A stretch of 63,647 nt of DNA, counting the filler, from Klebsormidium nitens (taxonomy: Eukaryota; Plantae; Klebsormidiophyceae), in the NCBI GenBank assembly GCA_000708835.1. It is 10 parts of 10 records of this genome, joined end to end, with 100 filler letters (N's around TTAATTAATTAA, not from the genome) between each part and the next. Parts side by side here need not be neighbours in the genome. Positions count along the whole stretch, not along the records: positions 46,355 to 54,977 come from DF238233.1; positions 55,078 to 58,755 come from DF238557.1; positions 58,856 to 60,922 come from DF238751.1; 7 more parts are not named here. One strand, 5' to 3'. Below the pieces are notes generated by a model. The model had not been told where the DNA came from. It ran no database searches and saw only the letters and a program-made list of their open reading frames with translations. Below are positions 50,475 through 61,022 of the stretch, piece by piece. The position numbers and the translations under genes were made by a program. How positions within the stretch are numbered: position 1 is the first letter of the stretch; every line of letters starts with the position of its first letter.

Positions 50475-50943
50475 GGTGACCTTGTTGGGGCTCACAACTC
50501 TTCCGCCTCAACAATCTCTAGCAGCTTGTCCCTGGATTCCAAGAAAAGCCGCTACTATAAACTTTTGCAGCAGGTGGCTTCACTGTGATGCAGGCTACAA
50601 GAAAGGAGAGAGAGATGCTACTCAGCCAACTCAGGGAATAGAATTTCAAGCACCAACCTCTATGTCAATGTATGCATAAGGATTGCTTTTTGCGCCAGCT
50701 GCGCCTGTGGCCCTGCTGAGCTCAGAGTCATCACGACTGTTGTATGGCCTTGGCAGCTTTTAGGGTTCGAATGTGCCTTTGGGGCTTGAAACCCTAAATA
50801 TTGGTGAGCGCCAGGTCATATGTCCACTTTGCATGTGCAGAATCCTTCAGCCTCAGGTTTCACAGCCTGGGCGCAGCTGCGAAAGGTACTTCGGAAGTTA
50901 GGAAAATGCCAAAAGAGGCGCTTGAGAAAGGGCAGAGGCGCCC
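50475..50943. promoter_or_regulatory. Probable bidirectional promoter between ETFB and STMP1; telo-box AAACCCTA at ~50789
   Basis: Divergent ATGs about 470 bp apart; gaaaccctaaa is present. Confidence 0.45.
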
Positions 50944-51123
50944 ATGGCTTTATTTAGGATGATGTTTTCCTTTACGCTTGGCACCGGCGTTGGCATCTAC
51001 TTGGCTCAAAATTACGATCTTCCAAGCGTTCAGAGTGCCGTTGACACAGCCGTCATCTTTGGTAGGCGGATGGATGAAATGTACAGAAAACACAGCAACA
51101 AGCCAAAGGACTCAGATTCTTAA
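50944..51123 (+). CDS. STMP1: Short transmembrane mitochondrial protein 1 (DUF4535) homolog, 59 aa; below the ORF-track cutoff
   Basis: MALFRMMFSFTLGTGVGIYLAQNYDLPSV matches the FxxG..G.YLAQNY.xP signature. Confidence 0.85.
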   Translation: MALFRMMFSFTLGTGVGIYLAQNYDLPSVQSAVDTAVIFGRRMDEMYRKHSNKPKDSDS

Positions 51124-53293
51124 GTAAACCTCCTATAGTTGGGTGCACCTTGAACAATTGAAGCACTTCAGAAGCCTCCTTTTGGAAAATGATGGCGATG
51201 GGGTTGTGCGAGATCGTTGTTGATGAGGGCAGCTGAGCGCGCCACTCCATCAGCAGCACCCTGATTGGTGGTGAGAGTCCTTCTGTTTTTTTCACATGCG
51301 GTCAAAATTCTGTTCGGGACAAGCATGCTAGTACTCTGATCAAGAGCTCTTCCAGTGCTGGTTTGACGTTCCTCTCCATCGTGAGGTGATAAACTGCTTG
51401 ACAGGGGGGCAGCGTTTCTCCGTAAGGTTCCAAATCAAACCTCTTGCAAATACATCAAAGTGCAATACTAAGTCTTTTTCTATTGTGCTTCGATTTCCTA
51501 TTGTTGCAGGCTGTTGACAACCTCACAAGAGACGTACTTCAAAAAGTCAAAGTGAACGCTCTTCAATTGCTGGCTGAGTCCCCAAGAACATGGTTTATAA
51601 GAAGAAACATGTGGATCTGTCAAGAGCGTTTCTGGTCCGCGCTTCTGAGAGCTGAGTACTTTTCAGTTGTCTTGGTGTGACCAGGATACTGAGAAAGTCG
51701 GACACTCAGAGAAGCTACTAATAGTCAGTCCCTGGAGAGGGACACATACCATTCTCAAGGTAGCAAAATCTGGTGTCAGCTTCACACAGCTTCAGCGGTC
51801 AGCCCTAGTGTGTTTTTTGGTGATCATAGAAGAACAGAGCTGGCACTTTTATATGTTACGAGAGGTTGTGAAACAGGTCCAAGTTGAAGTCTCATTATGG
51901 ATGTGTTGACCGAAAGCATGGTGCAAAGTTGATGGTTGTAAGAATAGGATTGAGGATCTCGTCAGAACCCAATGCATGCCTGCTTCGCACATTGAAAAAC
52001 CACATAGCCAAACTCTCCGTATCTCTGTTCGTACTGCTTGAATTCAGTGCAACCACGTTTCCGATTCCCCTCGGCCTGTAGCGGTGCCCAATCAAGCGCC
52101 ACATCCTTAGCAGTGGCGCTTAACTCAGTGATACCTCTAATTGAGGCATGGCTTTTTTTGGCACTGGAGTCTTCTCTCCTGGTCGTAGAAGAAACCTCAA
52201 AGATGGGGTCATCGCGCATGAATCTGGAGGTATGCAAACATTAAAAATCTGCTGTCCTCCTTGAAAATGATGAGCATTGGTCTGAAGTCTTCCGTTCTTG
52301 TTACGTATTAATAACAATGTTGTCTGCCTTGGTCGCGCCTGACCTTCTTGTACATTAGTCGGCCAGAAGTTTCGGATCTGTTGGACGAACAGGGATGCGA
52401 CAAAGATGTTAACTTACCTTTACATGCGCTTGAGTTTGAAAGAGCATATGGACGAAGCTTCGTGACATGTACATGATTGTTAATTTTATGCAGACCGAGT
52501 CAATCCACTGAGGTCAAGGAGTTGTTCAATGTGATGCGACTCACGCTTGGTCAAATTTGTACAATCACATCATGCATATGCGCACTTGCGCTTGGTATGC
52601 CTCATGCTGGCATGTCGGTACTTGCATGCAAGATTCTAGGATTCATACAATAGCATGATTGTTACGGTGCGACTATACCATTCCCATGTCGAGTTACCTG
52701 AATAGCTGCTGGCACCTTAGTACCTGGTACCGTGCTAATGCTTCTCAGTGCGCCCACGATGAGGTGTATGTTGCTAGCTGGAGCCTGGAGGCATATTAAA
52801 AATATCTATACAGCTAGGCAAGCATAAAATCTCAAGCTACGGTTTCTATGACACAACAAGATGCAGTCCTCACGTATGACCATTGCGCGTGTGCGCATCA
52901 TTAGTCCCATTTGCAATCTGCAATGCCGAAGGTAGGACCCATGGCACTCAATGATTCGGCCTGTATTGAACATCGAAGGCTTGTGCATGGCCATCCTGAC
53001 TCATTGCACGGCCGTCATGATGCCAGTGGCAAACGAATCCTTAGAGTAGCCGTTGCATGGATGAAGTACGAGCCAGAATACTCCTCGAGTTCTCATCATA
53101 CAAATCACGGAAGGTATGGACGGTGACAATTCAAGAATCATTCAATAAGGAGTTACTCCATGCTCATTCTTAACCCGTCTGCTCCTTTCTGTGGCATCTC
53201 TATCCAACTCAGTATGTACAAAATTATTGGGGTCCAATGATTGGGAAATCAGCTTGATAACAGGAAACTCTGGCGCTTTACTGCAGCGCTGCG

Positions 53294-53746
53294 TTAATCA
53301 ATTTCGATATCGATCTCAACTGGCCCTTCTTCATCTTCGATAACTATGGAGTCTACGCTCCCATCAGGCTTCACCCCTGCAGCGTCTGCCGTCTTTTCTA
53401 GCCAGTCCTTCAAGGGCTCCTCTTTCAGGTCTAATCTAAGGAGACCCGAGAACAGACCACCGAAAAAGGCAACGGGTTCCTTGAGCGCCTCGTTGATAAT
53501 GGGGTCATCTTGAGGGTTCAAAAGTGCCTTCACTTGAACACTTCGGCGAGAGGCCCCGGAGCTGGACGAATACCCGGAAGCACGTGCGGTGCGTTTTTGA
53601 GACCACAGGGGACGGAGGCCAGAATATGAGGAGACCGGAGACACCTGTTGAAAACCAACATATGCACTGGATAAGAAGGTTGAAGGAAGAAGGAACTGGG
53701 CAGATTGCAATGGGTGTCGCAGGGTATCAGTCAGAACTGCCAACAA
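53294..53746 (-). CDS. UPF0426 (At1g28150-like) chloroplast protein; true start uncertain
   Basis: DPIINEALKEPVAFFGGLFSGLLRLDLKEEPLKDW..VEIDIE after a Ser/Arg-rich transit-like segment. Confidence 0.85.
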   Translation of the reverse strand: MLAVLTDTLRHPLQSAQFLLPSTFLSSAYVGFQQVSPVSSYSGLRPLWSQKRTARASGYSSSSGASRRSVQVKALLNPQDDPIINEALKEPVAFFGGLFSGLLRLDLKEEPLKDWLEKTADAAGVKPDGSVDSIVIEDEEGPVEIDIEID

Positions 53747-56077
53747 CGCCTGCTCCGGACTCCAATCCAGTAGGGAAGTAGATAAGGATGGGCTTGCAAT
53801 TATGAGTGCGGTGAGCGTTGCGCTGAGCGTCGCTTATAGATACTCTCCTGAAAGGAGCTAGGCGGACAATCAGAAGTCCGTGTTTTCCTTGATGTTATAT
53901 GAGGAGAGACTAACGTCAAGCATCATCACACTCCAAAGATAAGATATATGTTTTCACAGCGCCTGATAGGTCCAAAAGTCAGTATGACAACACAACCACA
54001 CCCAGCGAACAGCCTCAAAGGAAGCAAAAGCCGGTTTGTCTAAGCCACTTCTCAAAACTTGCCCCACCGCTATGGGGACAGAAGGATGGCCGCAAAGTCC
54101 TAGAGCTTGTCTCTTGGAACAGAAGCACCGACCATGAAATTCTGGACAATTTTCTTTCTAACAAAGGGGTGGGGCTGGGAAAGTTGTCCTCCCGTTACAG
54201 ACAGAGTTCAAGAAATCACGAATCTGCCCAAAGCTTTTGAAGAAACAAAGGGTACCACCAAGTATCAGAATCTTAACTAACTACCAGCCATTCCAAAGCG
54301 AGGAGAGCGGCACTTTGATTGCTTTCAGCAACATGGAAGGACCGGACATTAACAGCTCTGAAAGGCTTGTGAGCGCCAATCGAGTTGCTCCCTTCCACAA
54401 GGGAAGAGAATTGAGAGCACTCTAATCAATTGAGCCCTCCGGAACCAGCATCTGTGTGTTGAGAAACAGATTCAAAGCTGAATGGAAGCACACCACCAAG
54501 CCGGCCACCTTAAGCACCAGCGGAACAACCTTCTGAAACTAGAGCAACTGCGAAAGTTTTTTGCTTCGCGGTTCACGGTTCAAATCCAGGCATTTCATCA
54601 ACCTAACAGCAACCAGAAATTGCTCGTAGTGTCACCAAAGCCGTGGAGCAAGCCCAGTGAGATTGAAAAGAAACCTCTGCATACCTGAGACAGCTTTTGT
54701 CTGCTTCCAGCTCCCACATCTTTATGGGCCACCCCCAAAGTCCCACCCACGGAGAGCCCCGTTGGCATCCTGCATGTGATCGACGCCATGCTGCTGGACA
54801 GGGAACTGGCGTTTCAAACAATTAAACTTCCACAGGTTTCTAACTTGGCGCCTCGCTTTTTAACGGCAATGCTGTGCCTCAGTGGATCCCAGAAACCTAG
54901 GACTATTACAGGCGCCTCAGCAGACGACACAAGAATGCCAATCTGCTGGATCAAGATTGAATTCAAGAACTTTCGTTNNNNNNNNNNNNNNNNNNNNNNN
55001 NNNNNNNNNNNNNNNNNNNNNTTAATTAATTAANNNNNNNNNNNNNNNNNNNNNNNNNNNNNNNNNNNNNNNNNNNNGCTTCGCTCGTGGGCTTTGCCCA
55101 CGCTGGTACAAGCTCGGAATGCTCAAAGAGTGGGCGGCTGGCGCGCAGTTCATGCGCTTTGCCCACGTTGCTACGGATTCTGTGGATTATTTGATGACTT
55201 ACCAGCCCTGTTCCCATCCATGGCCGCTTTGGCACCCGCTCGCAGGCCCGGCAATTGCGCTGTGTGCACGGGGCGCTCTCCGTCACCAGGTCGACCAAAG
55301 CCTGCACGTTCTTTGGGAGTCCCGCCCGCATCGCTAGAAACTCGTCTGGAGTGAGCGGGGCATTGCTGCAGCCCTTCGGTGCTTTCCTAAAGTTGCACCA
55401 CCGCATGGCGGCCGCGCGCACCGACGGCGTGAGCTCCGATAGGCCGTTGCGGTATTTCCACTCGCAGTCGATTAGCTCCCTCGGAGCATCGGTCGGCCAC
55501 AACCCTCCCACGCTCAACGGGGTAAAGCCGCCACCCACCGTGGGAGCCCCCGGGCCTGGCTCCGTGATGCTGTGGAGCCCACTCTCCCTGACATCCCGCA
55601 TGGCGCTCGCGTTGGGAAAGAAAGTTCCGTCGAACGTGATCACCTTGTCCGGACCAAAGGCGTAAGTCTCCAGCTGGTCCGCATCACCCTCCGTCCGCTC
55701 CCGTGAGAGAGGCGTGCCCCTTTCCCGAGCAGCCGCCTCGGCTGCTAGCACCTCCGAAGTGTACAGGTGCGAGCAATCCGGCCGCTTGCACGCATGCTGA
55801 ATGGGCCTGGCCGCCAGGTCGTTGAAGGCCCTCATGGCGGAGTCAAAGACCCTATCGTCCAGGCGGGGCGCTCCGGGCCCGTCCAAGCTGGCCGCAGCCA
55901 TATCGTTTGCGTCGAAGCCCAGGGTGTGGGAGGCACCCAGAGCGGCCGCAAAGTGGTTGCGCAGCAGCAGGCCGTGGGAGATGAGATTGGTGCCGGAGAA
56001 GTTAAAGATCCCATCCTCCTGAATGAGCGGCGCGTACGAGCGTTAGCAAAGTTTTTGCATCGAAGTGCATACAGAAT

Positions 56078-56645
56078 GAGCGAGGCCTGTGAGCAAAACG
56101 ACCAATTTGCTCAAGTGCTAGCCATCGTCAGCTCAAAGCAACTGCTCAACACAAAAGACACTGCCTCCGCTATCGCGACCTGCACCGATGCGCGAGACCG
56201 TGTCCAGCCTCTGCTGGTAGACTCGCCAATCTCGTTGACCCCCGGGCCATTGGAGATGCTATGCCATGCCCCGTTACAACTATGCTCCGTCTGCTCCAGG
56301 ATAGAGACGCGACTGCGTTGTCCACTAGAGCCTTATGTGGGTAGAGTTGTATGCGAACGCTGCTGGGAACACGATCATTGGAAAGAACTCGGATTTCTCT
56401 CATGGAGGGAGGCACGCGATATTTATAAAGTGACCAATGAAGGTTTGGAGACGCTGCAATGGGCCCAGTCGCCTCATCGCTTGGATCAACGCTACTTCAG
56501 AGAGCTTGACGTCAGGTCGCTGGCAATCCAAGAGGCGGGCGGCATGGCAGCATTCCAAATCAAACGAGACAAGGTCCGGTCAAATGCACTCGCTCGGAGG
56601 TGCGCAAATTTGATGAAGCACTACGAGGATCGGCCCTTGGAATGA
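56078..56645 (+). CDS. Intron-nested gene with an XPA-C-like zinc-finger/helical domain
   Basis: CSVC..VCERC..LSWREARDIYKV..L..Y..LDVRSLA..GG resembles the XPA DNA-binding-like module. Confidence 0.55.
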
Positions 56646-56787
56646 ATATCGAAAGACAAGTCTATCTCGCGGGCCTGCGCATCAGAGACTGCATCAATCT
56701 ACAGGTGCCGAATGGAAGCCGTCTGCTCGACGAAGTGATACATGCTGCTGTCAACGCTCAGGACCAAGACGACGGAAAGCTTTCGGA

Positions 56788-57226
56788 TCATCTGGACTGG
56801 ATAGCTCCACTCCCGTCCATGAAGCGGTACACAGACTTAAAAAAGTTTGGCTCGAGTGCTTGAGTTTCCTCTATATACTCCCGCGTTGCCTCGTTCCGAG
56901 CAATCAAGTCATCTATCCCTGCATCCCCCATTTCAACACGTTCACGATAAACATGTTCCTGTAATGCGACGAAGGCCAGAAGCCTCTTCTCAAATTTAAG
57001 CCTTCGAGCAGCCTTTGCCCTTTTCGTCTTTGCATTTACCTTGGCTACGGACTCCTCGGCCGGACGTGCATAGTCACCGGCTTTAACGCAGTTCTGACCG
57101 CTTTTAACCATCAATGTGCCCATGGCTTCTAATCTCTCCTCATTTCTAAGAATTCGAAGAGCTCTCGCCAATGACGCCCTTGCAATCTTTGGCTCTTCGA
57201 TGGACTCCGTCATCGATGTACGTTCA
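56788..57226 (-). CDS. Intron-nested hypothetical helical protein (MTESIEEPK..., ~145 aa)
   Basis: In-frame continuation of the unspliced upstream exon with its own ATG; helical, charged composition. Confidence 0.45.
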
Positions 57227-58439
57227 CCGACGAAAATCATTGACTGGCTTGAACGCACCCTCACCTGCCCATCGTACGCCAGGCTGCAGCATGCAGCCAC
57301 TCTGCCCGGCTGGATTGCACACACCCTCCGATGCACGGTCACGGAGTAGCGTGCCCCCGCCATGGTCAGCATGCCCTCTCGACTCTCAAGCACCCACCGC
57401 CTCACGCACGGCGCTGCACTTTCCAGCGGCCTCGGACCGCAAAAGTGCTTGGCAGCATCGCGCTGTGCCACGCCGCTGTCCCCCCATCGCTCGCAGGAGT
57501 CGACCACCGCCCGCCCCCCGCGGCTCATCACCGTGTCAATGGCCTTGTGTGAGTGCCCCATGTCCAACGCCGCCGCCGGTGGACAGAGCCACTCCTCGCG
57601 AGCGTGTGCGCAAGGGCCCGCAAAATCCAAAGAACGGCAGGTCGGGTCATTGCACACCGTCAACCGCTCCCCTGACTCCCGGAGCGCCTCCAACACCTCG
57701 ACCCTCTCTCTGCGCTGGGAGGCTCCTCGAGCCGGCGAGGGCACAGCACCTCGCCTCACAGAGGCGCTCCCAGCTTCGACTACCAGCTGCAGATGCGAGC
57801 AGAGGCTCTGCTCATGGTTAACCACCTTGCACCGGTCGCAGTGAGGCCGCCCGCCCAGTCCCAAGCTGCACACCGCGTTGCCGTCCGGCTCTGTCCCAAC
57901 GACTGCAAAGACTCTGAGCCGAGGCCCCCGCCATGCCTGGGCATTGAGCCCCTCCAACCTTGGCCCGAGCATGCCGTTCCGATCGATCGGAATGATGCCC
58001 GCGGCATCTCCGAGGGTGACCTCAAGCGCGAATGGCACATGTGGTCGGATGAACGGCTGAAAGTAGCCCCCCACATCTCCGGACATGGGCCCGGCCCACC
58101 ACCCGGCAGCCGCTCGCTCGAGGAAGCTGAGGTCATGCTCCCTGCACGCTCTGCCGTCTCCGCACAGGCAAACGAACCTGCCCCCGTGGTCGATTGCTGC
58201 GAGTCTCGGTAGACTTGCTGGCACTCCCCCAGGCTTCAGATCCACCTCCACCAGGCGCCCATCAGGTCTCAAGCGGGGCAATAGGAAGACTCCCGGGGCC
58301 ACGATCGTCGGCCGGATGATGGACTGTGACATAGCTCGCAGTTGCTGGTGGAATCCATCCTGTCACGTTCGGAAAACGGAATAGGTAAGAAATTTATCAT
58401 TGAAGTGACATCATTGCTTTGCTCATGGGCTTCGCCCTT

Positions 58440-58755
58440 TCTGGTACAGCTATGAACCGCATCTTGTACCAGGATGGTACATGACTTGTGGCCAGCCGGA
58501 ACTTACATCATCGCTTCGCTCGTGGGCTTTGCCCACGCTGGTACACTTCAACCATTCTGAGGTTGTACCAGGATGGTGTATGAATTCTCTAAAGAAAGAA
58601 TTTACATCATCCTGGTACAGCTGTAAACCCCGGTGCGAGCCGGACAATTGAATCATTTTGAGCTTGTACCAGGATGGTGTGTGGATTGAGGCTAGCCTAA
58701 CTTACATCATCCTGGTACACTTCAACCATTCTGAGGTTGTACCAGGATGGTGCAT
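58440..58755. repeat. Subterminal repeat cluster: TGTACCAGGATG motif in both orientations, with a ~50-nt direct repeat
   Basis: At least six copies of tgtaccaggatg/catcctggtaca; ctggtacacttcaaccattctgaggttgtaccaggatggtg occurs twice. Confidence 0.85.
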
Positions 58756-58959
58756 NNNNNNNNNNNNNNNNNNNNNNNNNNNNNNNNNNNNNNNNNNNNT
58801 TAATTAATTAANNNNNNNNNNNNNNNNNNNNNNNNNNNNNNNNNNNNNNNNNNNNTCAACATGTTCAGATCAGGACGAACGCATATTAAGACCGCGCAGA
58901 TTTACGGCAGATTAACTCGGCGCAGATTTACGGTTATACTGGCGCCAAAGTAATTCGAG

Positions 58960-59700
58960 TGTTAGTGCGTCAACTTTATAACAAGGTGCGCTTGAGGCGG
59001 CAGAAATTCCTGGCCCACCTTGCTTGTATCTCTGCGGTTGCGGCATGTACATCTCCTCTGCCAGCTCCTCCTCGAGGAAGGCCGTCTTGACGTCCAGATA
59101 ATACCTCTTCAAGTCGCGCTCCGCAACCACCGCCAATAGCGCAAGCAACGTCGTGTGCTTGCTCACCGGGGCGTAGACCTCCTCGAAACCTATTCCTTGC
59201 TTCTGCAGGTAGCCCTTCGCCAACAGCCGGGACTTGTACCGCTCCACATTCACGTTAGAGTCCCTTTGATCATGTAAACCAACTTCATGGGAACCGGCTT
59301 GACCCCTTTCAATTTTTCGGCAATCTCCCACGTCCCGTTCTCCAACAAGGAACGCATCTCCTCGTTCATCGACTTCCGCTAGAGATGGCACTCTTTTCCC
59401 TCTACGGCTTCTTGATAACTTTGCGATTCAAGGTGCTCACATGTCCTTCGAAGTGCTCTCCCGCTTCCGTATCCGACGCCAAGTTGGCGTGCTACCACTC
59501 CCCCCGTGTGCGTTTGTCTCGCGCGGGGTACCTCTGAGCAGCCGGTGTTGGCATCCCTGTGTCCTCCGCAATCTCGTTCGGCTCTGCTCTGCTCTCACGC
59601 ACCGTTTCCAGAACTTGCGTGGGCCCGATCATACGGTGGACAGGGACCGCCGGTCTAATTCCGGTTCCGCGCGACGCATCGAGCGACGCAGGTTTCACCG
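58960..59700 (-). pseudogene. Ty1/copia retrotransposon remnant (integrase-RT linker and N-terminal RT), frameshifted
   Basis: ERYKSRLLAKGYLQKQGIGFEEVYAPV, LDVKTAFL..EEMYMPQP. Confidence 0.92.
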
Positions 59701-59899
59701 CGGAACTTAAAAGATCAACGACGGCAAAAAGTTGATCCTACACAGAATCGAACCTTTTCGCATTGGTAACCGTTGAAATCACGCTGAGTTCAGCAGACTT
59801 GTGCAACGTCAGCCAGGACATTGTTTGACGGTGTAACCCAATTTTTAACCTAATTGGTTACTGACAACAATGAGAGTTAGACATAACAAACTTATGATG

Positions 59900-60480
59900 T
59901 CTGCAAAAAGAGTTGACGAACCCAGCGTGAGAGTGTTCTACTCAAACGCTTAGTTCGTCGACCCGACACTTATCTCGTTAAATAAACTTATAGATTAACG
60001 TTAGCAAAGGGGGCTGCGTGGGGTGCGGGTGTTTGGTACGTTGAGCATATTGCTCATGCCACCCCCTTAGTCCACATTCGCCCTGCCCAAAACGTTCCGA
60101 AATAAACTTATATTCGGTAATTGAACGTTAGTTTAAAGGGGACACTAATTGCCGACCTCAGCAAAAGTGTGTGTGCCATTGGGGAGGAGAAAGATGGTTC
60201 AAGTTGTTTGACCCAACTTCCTACTCACCAATGGCTGATAAGTCTTGTGCAAACAAAACTATCAACCCAATTACTGACCTCAGCAAAAGTTTGACGCCAT
60301 CGGTCAGGAGAAAGATGGCTTTAGACCGTCATTCTACTGACCGATGACGGGCAGGTTTTGTTCTCAAACAATCTTATAATCGGGAATCAACATAGTCCCC
60401 TTACGACAGCAAAAGTACAGGGCGTAGTTCATCCTGAACTTCGTCCTACGTCGAGGCTAATCAAGTTTAAACTTATAACT
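59900..60480 (-). ncRNA. Array of five putative Pol III small hairpin RNA genes (~59905-59964, 60006-60083, 60163-60236, 60285-60352, 60411-60452)
   Basis: Each hairpin is followed by CTTT(TT)GC and preceded 25-29 nt upstream by TATAAG (degenerate GATAG in one unit). Confidence 0.6.
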
Positions 60481-60562
60481 TGGAATCGACGTTACTTAGC
60501 TGATTACTGGCTGTATTAACACAGCCATGCACCCTTTGACGAACGCACATGCGTACGGAACA

Positions 60563-60819
60563 AAAGATTGGGTGCCCCGGGATTCGAACCCGGTAATCTG
60601 AGCTTGGATCCGAGTGTCATCTTACACCCCGGTGGTCCCCCTTTTGGCACGAAGCCCGCCGCAATACTCTGCGCCCTACTAGGCCAGCCCGTACAGCTGA
60701 AGCCTTTCAGATCGGCTTACGAGCGTCAGCGCGCGAGTGGGGTACTGACCGGTGATGCAAGCGGGAAGCCTGGCAACCCGCTAGGTCATCCGTACTGACC
60801 AATACCCTGGTCGATACCC
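60563..60819 (-). ncRNA. Putative ~250-nt structured RNA ending in a tRNA-like domain (60569-60629)
   Basis: Perfect T-arm CCGGG-TTCGAAT-CCCGG, 3' acceptor strand GGCACCC-A, then ATCTTTT; TTTAAATA 27 nt upstream of GGGTATC; internal long stems. Confidence 0.5.
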
Positions 60820-61022
60820 TGATCCTCTTTAAATCTGGTATTTAAAGTCCGACAACTTCATCCAGAAAGTTTGTGGGTCCACTTGGATCGCCACCGTTGA
60901 TTCTTTGACGGTTCCGTCCTGGNNNNNNNNNNNNNNNNNNNNNNNNNNNNNNNNNNNNNNNNNNNNTTAATTAATTAANNNNNNNNNNNNNNNNNNNNNN
61001 NNNNNNNNNNNNNNNNNNNNNN

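Larger units (their letters stand above)
55078..58332 (-). mobile_element. KDZ-associated gene (SWIM-like fingers plus CxC4-like cluster); exons 57265-58332 and 55078-56018; catalytic part missing
   Basis: Phase-0 splice (CAG|gtgagg at 57264; attcag|GAG at 56019) yields HRRVC..CCSLAYDGQ-EDGIFNFSGTNLISHGLL, followed by HAC...C..VITFDG. CxxC..CxH motifs lie upstream. Confidence 0.7.

Noticed and set aside
58440-58755. CRISPR-like repeats
   Set aside because: Repeats occur in both orientations with irregular, non-unique spacing, and there are no cas genes; they fit transposon subterminal repeats.
60569-60629. Canonical tRNA gene
   Set aside because: Too short between the acceptor and T-arm, and no convincing D-arm or anticodon stem; reported as tRNA-like only.
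60630-60820. HDV or hammerhead ribozyme, SRP RNA, RNase P RNA or group I intron
   Set aside because: I could not place the conserved cores of any of these by eye.
11961-61022. Recurrent TTAATTAATTAA palindrome, and ORFs ending in ...XXXLIN or running through N
   Set aside because: Artificial contig-joining linker; ORFs through N runs (e.g. 22042-23178, 22189-23352) are artefacts.
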